Of a stretch of 64,000 nt of DNA, positions 40,586 to 50,722 are shown piece by piece. Position 1 is the stretch's first letter. Each line of letters starts with the position of its first letter. The notes below the pieces were generated by a model that saw nothing but the letters and a program-made list of their open reading frames with translations, was not told the origin of the DNA and ran no database searches. Both the position numbers and the translations under genes were made by a program. Source of the stretch: an uncultured Verrucomicrobiae bacterium. Its GTDB lineage: Bacteria > Verrucomicrobiota > Verrucomicrobiia > Limisphaerales > UBA11358. The stretch is from NCBI GenBank assembly GCA_963827205.1, contig CAWHAH010000002.1, positions 57,369 to 121,368 on the forward strand. Direction: 5' to 3'.

Positions 40586-41796
40586 AGCTTTTTCTCCTTC
40601 ACTGCCATTCCGTCCTTCAAATCGGCCGGTGCGTCCACAACGACTCTTTCGCCCGCGGACACGCCCGCGCTTAACACGGAATCATCGCCTAGTGTGTCAA
40701 TGACGGTGACCGCGCGACGTTCGGCATGGCCATCCTGAACGACGAACACCACGTCGCGTCCGTCGCGGTTGAGCACCGCGCTTTTGGGAACGATCACCCC
40801 GCGGCCTGCCGCCGATCCGCCGTTGTCGCGGAAGGCCACCTTCACCGACATGTCCGGCAGAATGCGGGGGTCGAGTTGGTCAAAACCGACGCGCACCTTG
40901 ACCGTGGACTTGTCGCGGTCGGCGGTCGGGATGATGGCGATGACTTTGCAGGGAATTTTCCAGTCGGGATACGCGTCCAGCGTCGCTTCGACCGGTTGGC
41001 CCGGCTCGACCCGGTTGATGTAGCTTTCGTTTACGTCAATTTCAATTTCCAGCGAAGTCATGTCCACAATCGTCCCGATGCCCGTGCGCGTGAAACCGCC
41101 ACCAGCCGACACCGGCGAAATCATTTCACCCGGCTGCGCGTCCTTGGTGGTGATCACGCCGTCAAACGGCGCGCGGATGATCATGTCATCCATCTGCTGC
41201 TGCCACATCGCCACGTTGCGATCGGCAACGGTGACATCGAGTTTCTGCTGCGCCAGGTGTGCCTCCAACGCTTTGGCATTCGACTCGGCCAGGTCCAGGT
41301 CGGATTGCGATGCGATGTGTTGCTTGGCCAGTTCGGTGGTGCGCTGGAATTCCAAATTTGCGTCTTTGAGTTGCGCCTCGGTTTCCGCCAGCGCGGCCTT
41401 GGCTGAGGCCAACTGGGCCACGGCCACGTCGAGGCTGGTCTTGACGTTTGAATCATCCAGCCGCGCGACAACCTGCTCGTTGGTGACTTTCATGCCCTCC
41501 TCGATGAGCACTTCCATGACCTTGCCGGTGACTTTGGAGGAAACGGTTGCCTCCCGGCGGGCGGTGACGTAACCGGAAGCGTTCAACACAATCCGGTCGG
41601 CGCCGCCTGCGTTGGCGTCGCGCGCCACGACCGCGCTGACTTCGATGGCATCCGACCGCGAGCGCCAGACCATCAGCGCAATGATAAATAGCAGCAGCGC
41701 GCCCCAAATGGCAAAAAGCCACCTTCGGGAACGGGGCGCTCGATCCGGGCGACGTTCAATCCGCAAATCGTCGAGCGGAGGTTTGGCTGAACTCAT
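40582..41796 (-). CDS. Periplasmic adaptor (MacA/RND MFP family)
   Basis: N-terminal TM, ASGYV, IRAPFDG, coiled coil; start uncertain (41796 or 41808). Confidence 0.92.
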   Translation of the reverse strand: MSSAKPPLDDLRIERRPDRAPRSRRWLFAIWGALLLFIIALMVWRSRSDAIEVSAVVARDANAGGADRIVLNASGYVTARREATVSSKVTGKVMEVLIEEGMKVTNEQVVARLDDSNVKTSLDVAVAQLASAKAALAETEAQLKDANLEFQRTTELAKQHIASQSDLDLAESNAKALEAHLAQQKLDVTVADRNVAMWQQQMDDMIIRAPFDGVITTKDAQPGEMISPVSAGGGFTRTGIGTIVDMTSLEIEIDVNESYINRVEPGQPVEATLDAYPDWKIPCKVIAIIPTADRDKSTVKVRVGFDQLDPRILPDMSVKVAFRDNGGSAAGRGVIVPKSAVLNRDGRDVVFVVQDGHAERRAVTVIDTLGDDSVLSAGVSAGERVVVDAPADLKDGMAVKEKKL

Positions 41797-41972
41797 AAAA
41801 GTGTCCATGAAAAGCAAACCGGTTTTTGCCGTCGCGGTCAAGCCGCGCTCTGCGAAAATTCCCGATTCGCCCCCACAAATATTGGCGCGAAGGAGACAAA
41901 GCTTATCGGGGAGACCGGCCGGCCATCGTTGCGCGCTTGAACAATCCGGCGTCATTGCGGAAGATTTGAAAC

Positions 41973-42857
41973 ATGTTTCGCATCGGCATTGATCTCGGCG
42001 GCACCAAGATTGAAGGCATTGTTCTCGATGCCCAAGGCAAAGAACTTTTCCGCAAGCGCGTGGATACGCAGCAGGAAAAAGGCTATGTCCACATCCTGGA
42101 TCGGGTCAAGGAACTGCACAACGAAATGGCTGCGACTTTTCAACATCAGCCGCACACGTTCGGCATCGGTACGCCCGGCGCCATCTCGCCGCGCACCGGC
42201 CTGTTGAAAAATTCCAACACCGTCTGCATGAACAGCCAGCCGTTGAAGGTGGACCTCGAACGGATGCTCGGCCGGAAGATCGAAATCCAAAACGACGCGA
42301 ATTGTTTCGCCATGGCCGAGGCGCTGCACGGCGCAGGCCGGGGAAAGCAGCTGGTTTTCGGCGTCATCATGGGCACGGGTTGTGGCGGAGGAATTGTTTA
42401 CAAGGGTGAAGTCATCACCGGCCCGCAGGCCATCGCCGGTGAGTGGGGCCACATGTCCATCGCCCCGGACGGTCCGCTCTGCTACTGCGGCCAGCGCGGT
42501 TGCGTGGAGACGTTCATCAGCGGCGGCGGATTGGAGGCGCGTTACGCTGAAAAGTTCGGAACGAAACGGCCGTTTAAGGATATCGCAAAAGATTATTACG
42601 CCGGCGACGCGAAGACGGTGGAGTTCATGAAAATTTTTTTCCGCAACTTTGGCCGTGCGCTCGCCAATCTCATTGACGTGCTGGACCCGGACGTGATCGT
42701 GCTCGGCGGCGGCGTCTCAAATTTTGATGCGCTCTACGCGGAAGGCGTCGCCGAGGTGGCAAAATATGTTTTCAGCGATTGTTTGGAAACGCCCATCGTG
42801 AAAAACCAACTCGGCGATTCCGCCGGCGTCATCGGCGCGGCGTTGATCGGGGTTTGA
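41973..42857 (+). CDS. ROK family sugar kinase (Mak-like)
   Basis: GIDLGGTK, NDANCFA, GTGCGGG, GEWGH, CYCGQRGCVE. Confidence 0.93.
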   Translation: MFRIGIDLGGTKIEGIVLDAQGKELFRKRVDTQQEKGYVHILDRVKELHNEMAATFQHQPHTFGIGTPGAISPRTGLLKNSNTVCMNSQPLKVDLERMLGRKIEIQNDANCFAMAEALHGAGRGKQLVFGVIMGTGCGGGIVYKGEVITGPQAIAGEWGHMSIAPDGPLCYCGQRGCVETFISGGGLEARYAEKFGTKRPFKDIAKDYYAGDAKTVEFMKIFFRNFGRALANLIDVLDPDVIVLGGGVSNFDALYAEGVAEVAKYVFSDCLETPIVKNQLGDSAGVIGAALIGV

Positions 42858-43022
42858 AGCGTCAAACTTGGGACAGGCGTCCGGCCCGTCTCTAATTATT
42901 CAAAACCGGGCCAAATGTAAGACCTGCCTTTGAAAACGGACGAGCAGCCATTTGCTTTTTCAATGTTCACCCAAAATTTTTCAATTCGTTCCCTGGACTT
43001 GTTTTTGTGATCATTGCAGTGC

Positions 43023-43886
43023 ATGAATCAAACAAGCCAACGGCCAAAGCGTGTAGTCCTAAGTCGCGTCGTTTGGCTGCTGCTGTTGGTTTGTGGTTCA
43101 CTGTATTTGCTCGGTTGCGTGGTCATGGCCATTGCTCAACGCGCATTCATTTATTTCCCCTCCGTTTTTACCCGGGAACAAGTGGACCAGGTGGCGTACT
43201 CGGCGCAGCTCGAACGTTGGACAAATTCGGCCGGCCAGTTCATCGGATTAAAACGTCTTTCACTCAAGCAACCGGCGGAAGGAACGGTCATGATCCTGTA
43301 TGGCAACGGCAGCACGGCGATTGGCTGCGAGCATTACGTGAATGACATTCAAAGCGTTGCTGCGTTTGACGTTTTTATTCTGGAATATCCCGGCTATGAG
43401 GATCGCCCCGGTTCTCCAAACCAAAGCAGTTTGTTCAACGCGGCCAAGGAAGCGTTTGACATACTGCCCATCAACCAGCCAATTTATCTTGTCGGCGAAT
43501 CCCTCGGCACCGGCGTCGCTTCATATCTGGCAGGCACTTATCCCGACAAGGTGGCCGGCATGGTTTTGATTTCACCTTTCCATCGTTTGACTGATGTTGC
43601 ACAAAACCACTATCCGCTGCTGCCTGTCCGTTTGTTGCTCGTGGATCGGTTTGCTTCGGAAAACTATCTCCGCCATTATTACGGCAAAGTCGGAGTCACG
43701 GTTGATGGCCGAGACACGATTGTCCCGGAGAAATTCGGGCTTCGCCTTTACAATGGCTATGCCGGTCCGAAGAAGCTTTGGGAATTTCCCGGGGGTGGAC
43801 ACTGCGAAATCATGGAGCAACCGTCGAAATTCTGGAAGGAAGCCGTCGAATTCTGGCAAACCAACTCTTCTTCGCAGCGCAGATGA
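43023..43886 (+). CDS. Alpha/beta hydrolase, membrane anchored
   Basis: YGNG, EYPGY, GESLG nucleophile elbow, DTIVP, GGH. Confidence 0.88.
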   Translation: MNQTSQRPKRVVLSRVVWLLLLVCGSLYLLGCVVMAIAQRAFIYFPSVFTREQVDQVAYSAQLERWTNSAGQFIGLKRLSLKQPAEGTVMILYGNGSTAIGCEHYVNDIQSVAAFDVFILEYPGYEDRPGSPNQSSLFNAAKEAFDILPINQPIYLVGESLGTGVASYLAGTYPDKVAGMVLISPFHRLTDVAQNHYPLLPVRLLLVDRFASENYLRHYYGKVGVTVDGRDTIVPEKFGLRLYNGYAGPKKLWEFPGGGHCEIMEQPSKFWKEAVEFWQTNSSSQRR

Positions 43887-43938
43887 ATTTTCAAGTTTCC
43901 GGCTGCAAATCTCAATTCCCGCCTGTTATGGTGCGGAC

Positions 43939-44658
43939 GTGATTACGTTGCTCATTGCCACGCGCAACGCCCACAAAACGGGCGAAATCCGCGCCATCCT
44001 CGGCGACCGGTTTCAATTTCTTACACTCAACGATTTTTCCGGGGCGCCGAAGATCGTCGAGGACGCCGCCACGTTTGCCGGCAACGCGACAAAAAAGGCC
44101 GTTGAACTCGCGCGCTGGCTCTCCATCACGCCACCCGCCACTCGCCACTCGTCACCCATTTTTGTTCTGGCCGATGATTCAGGCTTGGAAGTGGACGCAT
44201 TGAACGGCGCGCCCGGGGTGCATTCGGCGCGCTTTGGTGCGCTGGGCCGGAGCGCGGGCGGCTCGCCCGCGAGTTCTGCCGGCAACACGCCCGACGCCGA
44301 CAATAACGCCAAATTGCTGCGCTTGCTCCAGGATGTTCCGCCGGCAAAGCGGACGGCGCGCTTTCATTGCGTGTTGGCGTTGACGCCGGTGTTGTCCGGA
44401 AAAATTGAGAGCGCGTCGCCAGTCTGCTATGCGGATGAATTCGAGATGCAGACGGAACTGTTCGACGGCGTGTGTGAGGGACGAATCATTTTTGGACCGC
44501 GCGGGAAGAATGGTTTTGGTTACGACCCGCTGTTCGTGCCGTTGGGTTTTGAGCAAACGTTTGCCGAGCTGGGCGAAACCGCGAAAAACAAGTTGAGCCA
44601 CCGCGCCAAGGCGCTGGAGAAGCTCAAGGAATTTTTCATCGCGAACAAGTTGCGGTAG
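43939..44658 (+). CDS. rdgB: Non-canonical purine NTP pyrophosphatase
   Basis: ATRNAHK..E, ADDSGLEVDAL.GAPGV.SAR, GFGYDP, KNKLSHR; start GTG 43939. Confidence 0.95.
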   Translation: MITLLIATRNAHKTGEIRAILGDRFQFLTLNDFSGAPKIVEDAATFAGNATKKAVELARWLSITPPATRHSSPIFVLADDSGLEVDALNGAPGVHSARFGALGRSAGGSPASSAGNTPDADNNAKLLRLLQDVPPAKRTARFHCVLALTPVLSGKIESASPVCYADEFEMQTELFDGVCEGRIIFGPRGKNGFGYDPLFVPLGFEQTFAELGETAKNKLSHRAKALEKLKEFFIANKLR

Positions 44659-44717
44659 GGCTGCGCTGCCGCGCAGCTTTAGATTTTGGAGGCGCGGGCA
44701 GCGTGTCTCTATCAAAA

Positions 44718-45569
44718 TTATTTCAGCAAGCTTCCCAGTTGCAGCTTCCGGCGGAGCAGGCCGTTGCTGGCGATCATCCGGAATTTCCCGCCCGGCGCGG
44801 GCCGCGTGTAAAATTCGCCGCCGGAGCATTCGACCATCAACGCGCCCGCTGCGACGTCCCACAGATTGATGATGCGTTCGATGTAAGCATCAAGGCGACC
44901 GGAGGCGACGTAGGCCAGTTCGAGTGCCGCCGAGCCCATGATTCGGACCTTCAACGCGCGTCGCGAAAGACGGGTCAGGTATGGCAGGCTTTTCGCCAGA
45001 TTTTGTTTACTCTTGGAAAACCCCATCGCGATGACAGCTTTGCCTACGTCCGCGCAGCGGCTGACTCGGACGACGCGCCCATTGAGCCGCGTTGGCCCGC
45101 CGCGAATGGCCGTCCAGAGTTCGTCGGTGAACGGGCAGTAAATCACGCCGAGGAGAGTGACGTGTGACGCGTGACGTGTGACGCGACGCCGCATTCGATT
45201 TCGGCTACTTTTCTCGACACTCGGCACTCGACACTCGTCACGCTTCTGTAGGGCTATGGACACGGCGGCGTGTGGAATGCCAAAGAAATAATTGACCGTG
45301 CCGTCAATCGGGTCCACCACCCAGCGATATTCGGCATTTACGTCGCCCGTGCAGCCTTCCTCGCCGAGCAGTGAAATTTTCGGAAACGCGGCGCGCAGGG
45401 TTCGCTCGATGAGTTTCTGGCAGCGCACATCGAGTTCGAGCTTGATATCGTGGGCGTCGGTGGCGTTGACGCGCTTGGGCGCATTCCAGTTGTCGCGCAT
45501 GAGCTTCCCGGCGGCGCGGGCGGCTTTGACGGCTACGGCCAGGGATTTGTTCAAGGAGACGGTTTTCAT
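44718..45569 (-). CDS. suhB: Inositol monophosphatase family protein
   Basis: LGEE, WVVDPIDGTVN, GSAALELAYVA.G, WDVAAG. Confidence 0.9.
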   Translation of the reverse strand: MKTVSLNKSLAVAVKAARAAGKLMRDNWNAPKRVNATDAHDIKLELDVRCQKLIERTLRAAFPKISLLGEEGCTGDVNAEYRWVVDPIDGTVNYFFGIPHAAVSIALQKRDECRVPSVEKSSRNRMRRRVTRHASHVTLLGVIYCPFTDELWTAIRGGPTRLNGRVVRVSRCADVGKAVIAMGFSKSKQNLAKSLPYLTRLSRRALKVRIMGSAALELAYVASGRLDAYIERIINLWDVAAGALMVECSGGEFYTRPAPGGKFRMIASNGLLRRKLQLGSLLK

Positions 45570-45582
45570 AAAAATCGGGTTG

Positions 45583-47295
45583 TTAGGGAATGACCTCATT
45601 GCGTCCAGCGATTTGCTGTTCCTGTTCCTTGCGCTTTTGGTCGAGGAGATTGTTTTCGGCGGCTTCGACGACACTGAGCAAGTTCGCGGCCTCCAACAGG
45701 CGCGGCGCGGTGACGTAACTTGCGCCGGCGGCGTAAAGTTTGGGGATGTCCTCCAGCAATTCGGCGTGCACGACGATTTTTGCGTCCGGATTCAGTTCGC
45801 GGAGTTGCCGAAGCATTTTCAGATTGTCCGCACCCTTGAGCACGGTGTTGGGCAGCGTGCAGATGATGATTTCGCATTCCGTCACGCCGGCGTGGAGCAA
45901 TGTGTCGCGCTGCGTGATGTCGCCGTAGACGACATAAATGCCGCGTTGGCGAAGCTTTTCGTGAACGTTCGGATTGAAATCCACGACAACGGTTTCCGCC
46001 AGCAAATCGGAGCGGTCCCGGCCAATTTCTTCAAGCAACGAACTGGCCGTCCAGGAAAAGCCGAGCAGGCAGATGCGTTTTGGTTTTGCTTCGCGGCCGG
46101 GTTCGGACGCGGTTTGGTCGAGATCGCGCAAATCCAGATGGTTCAGCCACGGTGTGGCTTTGCGGAGCAGTAGATCATTTTTCAGAATCGCGTAGGTCGA
46201 ACCGATTGCGAGGAACGCGAAGGAAAACGCCGCGATCCCGATGGAATTTCCCGAGACATCGCCGCCGGTCCGGCCGAGCGCGAGCAGCACAAGGGAAAGC
46301 TCGCTCAACTGGCAGAGGTTGACGGCTGGCAACAGGCTGACGCGATAGCCCTGCCGCATGAAGTAAAGCGGCGGGAAGACCGTCACGAACCGGCTGGCTA
46401 CGAGAAACAGGCAGAAGAAAACCGTCCAGAGCAGATACCCCCACGTCGGCTCGGGAATGGTCATGCCGAGCGCGACGAAAAAGAGCGTCACAAAAAAATC
46501 GCGGATGCTCGTGACCTTGGCGACCACGTCGAGCGTGTAAGGGAACGTGGAAACCATCACGCCGGCGATGAGCGCACCCATGGCCGTGGACAAACCGAGC
46601 CAGTTGGCAAAACCGGCCATCGCCAGGCACCAGGCCAGGGCGCCGACCAGGACCAGTTCCGGCAAACGCGCAACGGACCGGAAGACCGGCGGCAACACAA
46701 ACCGGCTGGCCAAAAAGGCCACCGCCAGGAGCAGAATCACATTGCCGAAGGCGTGTGCCAGTGGGCCCAAGGCGGGATTTTTCAGGTTCGGCTGGAGGGC
46801 GAGAAACAGGATGACGAACAAGTCCTGCAACACGAGTACGCCCAGCGTGACCCGACCGACGAGCGATTCAAGTTCGCGTTTGTCGTAAAGGATTTTGACA
46901 ATGATGACCGTACTGCTCATCGCCGCCGCCACACCGAGGTAAAGCGCTTCCAATCGCGTTTCCGCCGGGCCAACCCAATCGAACACCAGCCAGCCGAGCA
47001 ACACGCAACCGAGGATTTGCACCAGCGCGGTAACCGTGATGACTCTGCCCGCGCTCAACATTTTTTTGAGGTCAATCTCCAGCCCGATCATGAACAGCAA
47101 CAGCGACAGGCCGATTTCGGAAATGGTCTGGATGTTCTGGGTGTTGGTGATCCATTGGAAACCGTGTGGGCCGATGACAAAGCCCGCGACCAGGTAGGCC
47201 AGCAACACCGGCTGGCGCGCCACCTGCGACACCACCGCCAGCACCCACGCGGCGATGATGCAAATGGCGATATCACTGACGAGGCCTTGCTCCAT
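45583..47295 (-). CDS. CPA2 cation:proton antiporter with C-terminal TrkA-N domain (Kef-like)
   Basis: LLFMIGLE, SSTVII.K, LVLQD, RDFFV.LFF; YGDITQ. Confidence 0.9.
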   Translation of the reverse strand: MEQGLVSDIAICIIAAWVLAVVSQVARQPVLLAYLVAGFVIGPHGFQWITNTQNIQTISEIGLSLLLFMIGLEIDLKKMLSAGRVITVTALVQILGCVLLGWLVFDWVGPAETRLEALYLGVAAAMSSTVIIVKILYDKRELESLVGRVTLGVLVLQDLFVILFLALQPNLKNPALGPLAHAFGNVILLLAVAFLASRFVLPPVFRSVARLPELVLVGALAWCLAMAGFANWLGLSTAMGALIAGVMVSTFPYTLDVVAKVTSIRDFFVTLFFVALGMTIPEPTWGYLLWTVFFCLFLVASRFVTVFPPLYFMRQGYRVSLLPAVNLCQLSELSLVLLALGRTGGDVSGNSIGIAAFSFAFLAIGSTYAILKNDLLLRKATPWLNHLDLRDLDQTASEPGREAKPKRICLLGFSWTASSLLEEIGRDRSDLLAETVVVDFNPNVHEKLRQRGIYVVYGDITQRDTLLHAGVTECEIIICTLPNTVLKGADNLKMLRQLRELNPDAKIVVHAELLEDIPKLYAAGASYVTAPRLLEAANLLSVVEAAENNLLDQKRKEQEQQIAGRNEVIP

Positions 47296-47395
47296 GCGCG
47301 CGCGAGCTTAAGCGAAGAACCGCAATATCGTCGAGGTTGTAGTATCGGCGCTGTCCGCCGATTCGATCGAGCCACAGGCGCGACGCTACCAATGC

Positions 47396-50300
47396 TCAAC
47401 CCAACGCAGCCAAGGCTGCTTTCACGTGATCGCGTTTGCCATGCAACTCGGCGAGACGCTGTTTGTGTTCCTCCAGAACATGCGCGGGAACTTTTTGCGT
47501 GAAATTCGGATTGGCTAGCTTCTGTTCGACCTTGGCGGCATCGGCTTCGATTTTCTCCAGCTCCTTTTTCAGCCGCGTTGTCTCGGCTTCCTTGTCAATC
47601 AAACCTTCCAGCGGCAGATATAAATCGCCCAACTCGACACGCGCGGTCATCGTGTTCTTTGCCGGTTTGAAGTCCGCATGGCTCTCGACCGTCTCGGCGT
47701 TGAGCAGCAGCTTGAGCACTTCGAGGTCGTGCGCCGCCAGTTCGCGCGCCGGTTTGAGGATGAATTTGACCTTCTTGTTTGCGGCAATGTTTGCCGTGCG
47801 CCGCAGGTTGCGGCCTTGCGTGACGAGTTCGTTCCGCGCCTCGATGTGCTTTTCGTCCTGCCCTGTCAGGCCGTAGTGCGATTTGAAATCGTCGTTGAGC
47901 GGCTTCGGCCACGGCGCGAACATGATGGTCTGGCCGCCCTGGTTTTCCGGCATGTCCCCGGCATAACCCATCCCGTGCCAGAGTTCCTCCGTGATGAACG
48001 GCAGGAACGGATGAAACAGCCTCAGCGTGTGCGAGAGAACGAAGTCGATGACGGCGAGAGTGTTGGCCTTGCGCGCCTCGTTCAACGAGGCCGCGTCCAT
48101 TGCTGTTCCCTCTCCGCCGCGCGGAGCGGGGGGGAGAGGGTCAGGGTGAGGTGGGGCCGTTGCTTTGCGCGAAGCGTCACTTTCCTTCTCACCCCTCACC
48201 GCGGCCCTCTCCCCGTTGAGGGGAGAGGGAGACACATCGGGCGCTGGCCGTGTAAGAACCGCTTTGCTCGCCTCGACATACCAGTCGCAATATTCGCTCC
48301 AGAAAAAGCGGTAAAGCGTCGCCGTCGCGTCGCTGAATTTGTACTCGGCAAAGGCCGTATTCATTTCGCGAATGGCCGCGTCGAGCTTGAGCAGAATCCA
48401 TTTGTCGTCAGACGTCAGAAGTTGGGGATTGATTTCGCCCTGAACTTCAAACGTAGCGCAGGCCTCTCGCCTGCCTTCATTTCGAACTCGATGCAGCCGG
48501 GACGGCTGCGCTACCAACCATTTGCCGGAAGCGGCAGGCGTTCCAGAGCTTGTTGCAGAAATTGCGGCCCAGCTCGACGTTCTGTTCGTCGAACAAAATG
48601 TCCTGGCCGAGCGGCGCGCTGCGCATCGTGCCGAACCGGAGTGCGTCGGCGCCGTATTTGCCGATGAGATCGAGCGGGTCGGGCGAATTGCCGAGGCTCT
48701 TGGACATCTTGCGACCCTGCTTGTCGCGGATGATGCCGGTGAAATAGACATTCCGGAACGGCAAATCCCCCATGAACTCGTAACCCGCCATGATCATGCG
48801 CGCGACCCAGAAGAAAATGATGTCCGGCCCGGTGACCAAATCGGTGGTGGGATAAAATTTCTTCAACGTGTCGGTCTGCTCCGGCCAGCCCATCGTCGCA
48901 AACGGCCAGAGCCACGAACTGAACCAGGTGTCCAGCACGTCGGGGTCTTGGGTGAAGCCGATCTTTTCCAATGCCTTTGCTTCGTGTTCCGGAGAGTGTC
49001 GCAACCTCTTCGATACGGACAACCGTTGACTATTCCGCAACGTTTATCCCAATAAGAAAACTCTCCGGCGAATATCCTGGAGAAGCTTATTTCCTGAAAA
49101 GGATGAAGTGCTATGTTGGCAGCTCTCTTCGCTTGAACTTCAGGCGTATCAAATGGCGCGAGGTCCTTCTTAACAGCTTCAGCAGCTTTTCTGTCATTTT
49201 CAGTCCATTCAGATTGGGGCTTGACCTTCATTTTTCGCCGCCACACCGGGATGCGGTGTCCCCACCAAAGCTGGCGGCTGATGCACCAGTCTTTGATGTT
49301 GCCCATCCAGTGGTCATAGACCTTCGCCCAACGCTGCGGATGGAAACGCATTTGGGGGGGAGCGCACGCGCCCTCGCGTGCGGGTTTGTCAATATCATCC
49401 GAATCTTGCACGTCCTTTGAGCTGTCGGCGAGGGCGCCGACAGCAGCAGGCGAGACGCCCGCGCTACGCTCCTGCTCCACGCACGCACGGGATTTTTCCA
49501 CGCTCGGATATTTCAAAAACCATTGCTCGCTCAGATACGGCTCGATGGGCACATGACTGCGCTGGCTGTAACCGACATTGTGGACGTAATCCTCTGTCTT
49601 CAATAGCAGGCCCTGCTCGGTTAATTTCTCGACCGCGGCCTGGCGCGCCTTTATGCGGTCCAAGCCCGCGAATTCCTTGCCGGCGTCCTGCGTCATGTGG
49701 CCGTCGAGGCCGATGACGACCGTCAATGGGAGTTGATGCCGCACGGCCATTTCGTAGTCGGCCGGATCGTGCGCCGGGGTCACCTTCACGCAGCCGGTAC
49801 CGAACTTCGGATCCACCAGTTCGTCGGCAATGACCGGGATGGGCTTGTTCTGGAGCGGCAACAGGCATTTTCGCCCGATCAGTTTCGTGTAACGCGGGTC
49901 GTTTGGATTTACCGCCACCGCCTCGTCGCCGAGCATGGTTTCCGGGCGCGTCGTGGCCACAACCACGAATTCATCAGCATTGGGCTGGCCTGTGTCGTCG
50001 AGCAGTGGGTATTTGATGTGCCAGAGATGCCCTTTTTCCTCAATCATCTCGACTTCCTCGTCGGAGAGGGCAGTGCGCGCAGCGGGATCCCAGTTCACCA
50101 TGCGTTTGCCGCGATAGATGAGGCCCTTTTTGTAAAGCTCGACGAACACCTTCTGCACGCAGCGCGAATATTCCGGGTCCATCGTGAAGCGTTCGCGCGT
50201 CCAGTCGCACGACGCGCCGAGCTTCTTGAGCTGCTGGATGATGATGCCGCCGTGCTTTTCTTTCCATTGCCAGACGCGTTCGAGGAATTTCTCGCGACCC

Positions 50301-50626
50301 AAGTCATCGCGATGTTTGATTTCACCGGCTTTCTTCAGCGCTTTCTCGACGACGGTTTGGGTGGCAATGCCGGCGTGGTCCGTGCCCGGCAACCAGAGGA
50401 CTTCCTTGCCGTCCATGCGCGCCTTGCGGGCGAGGATGTCCTGGATGGTGTTGTTGAGGACGTGGCCCATCGTGAGCACGCCGGTGACATTCGGCGGCGG
50501 AATGACGATGGAATAGGCCGGCTTTTTTGATTGTGCATTGGCGACGAAAAATTTTCCGTCGAGCCAGAATTGATACCACTTCTCTTCGACGGACTGCGGT
50601 TCGTAGGCCTTGGAAATTTCAGACAT
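47396..50626 (-). CDS. valS: Valine--tRNA ligase with repeat-derived inserts and at least two apparent frameshifts (~49020, ~48480)
   Basis: [59 protein letters not shown]-like motif, C-terminal coiled coil. Confidence 0.94.
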
Positions 50627-50638
50627 AATCACCAGGGA

Positions 50639-50722
50639 AACATTCAACGCTCAACATTCAACACCGAACGTCCAACGACCGAAATTCGATGTTGGGCGTT
50701 GAATGTTAAATGTTCGATGTTC
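50639..50722. repeat. Inverted 7-bp-period array (AACATTC)n...(GATGTT/AATGTT)n
   Basis: aacattc aacgctc aacattc aacaccg aacgtcc ... gatgttg ggcgttg aatgtta aatgttc gatgttc. Confidence 0.85.
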
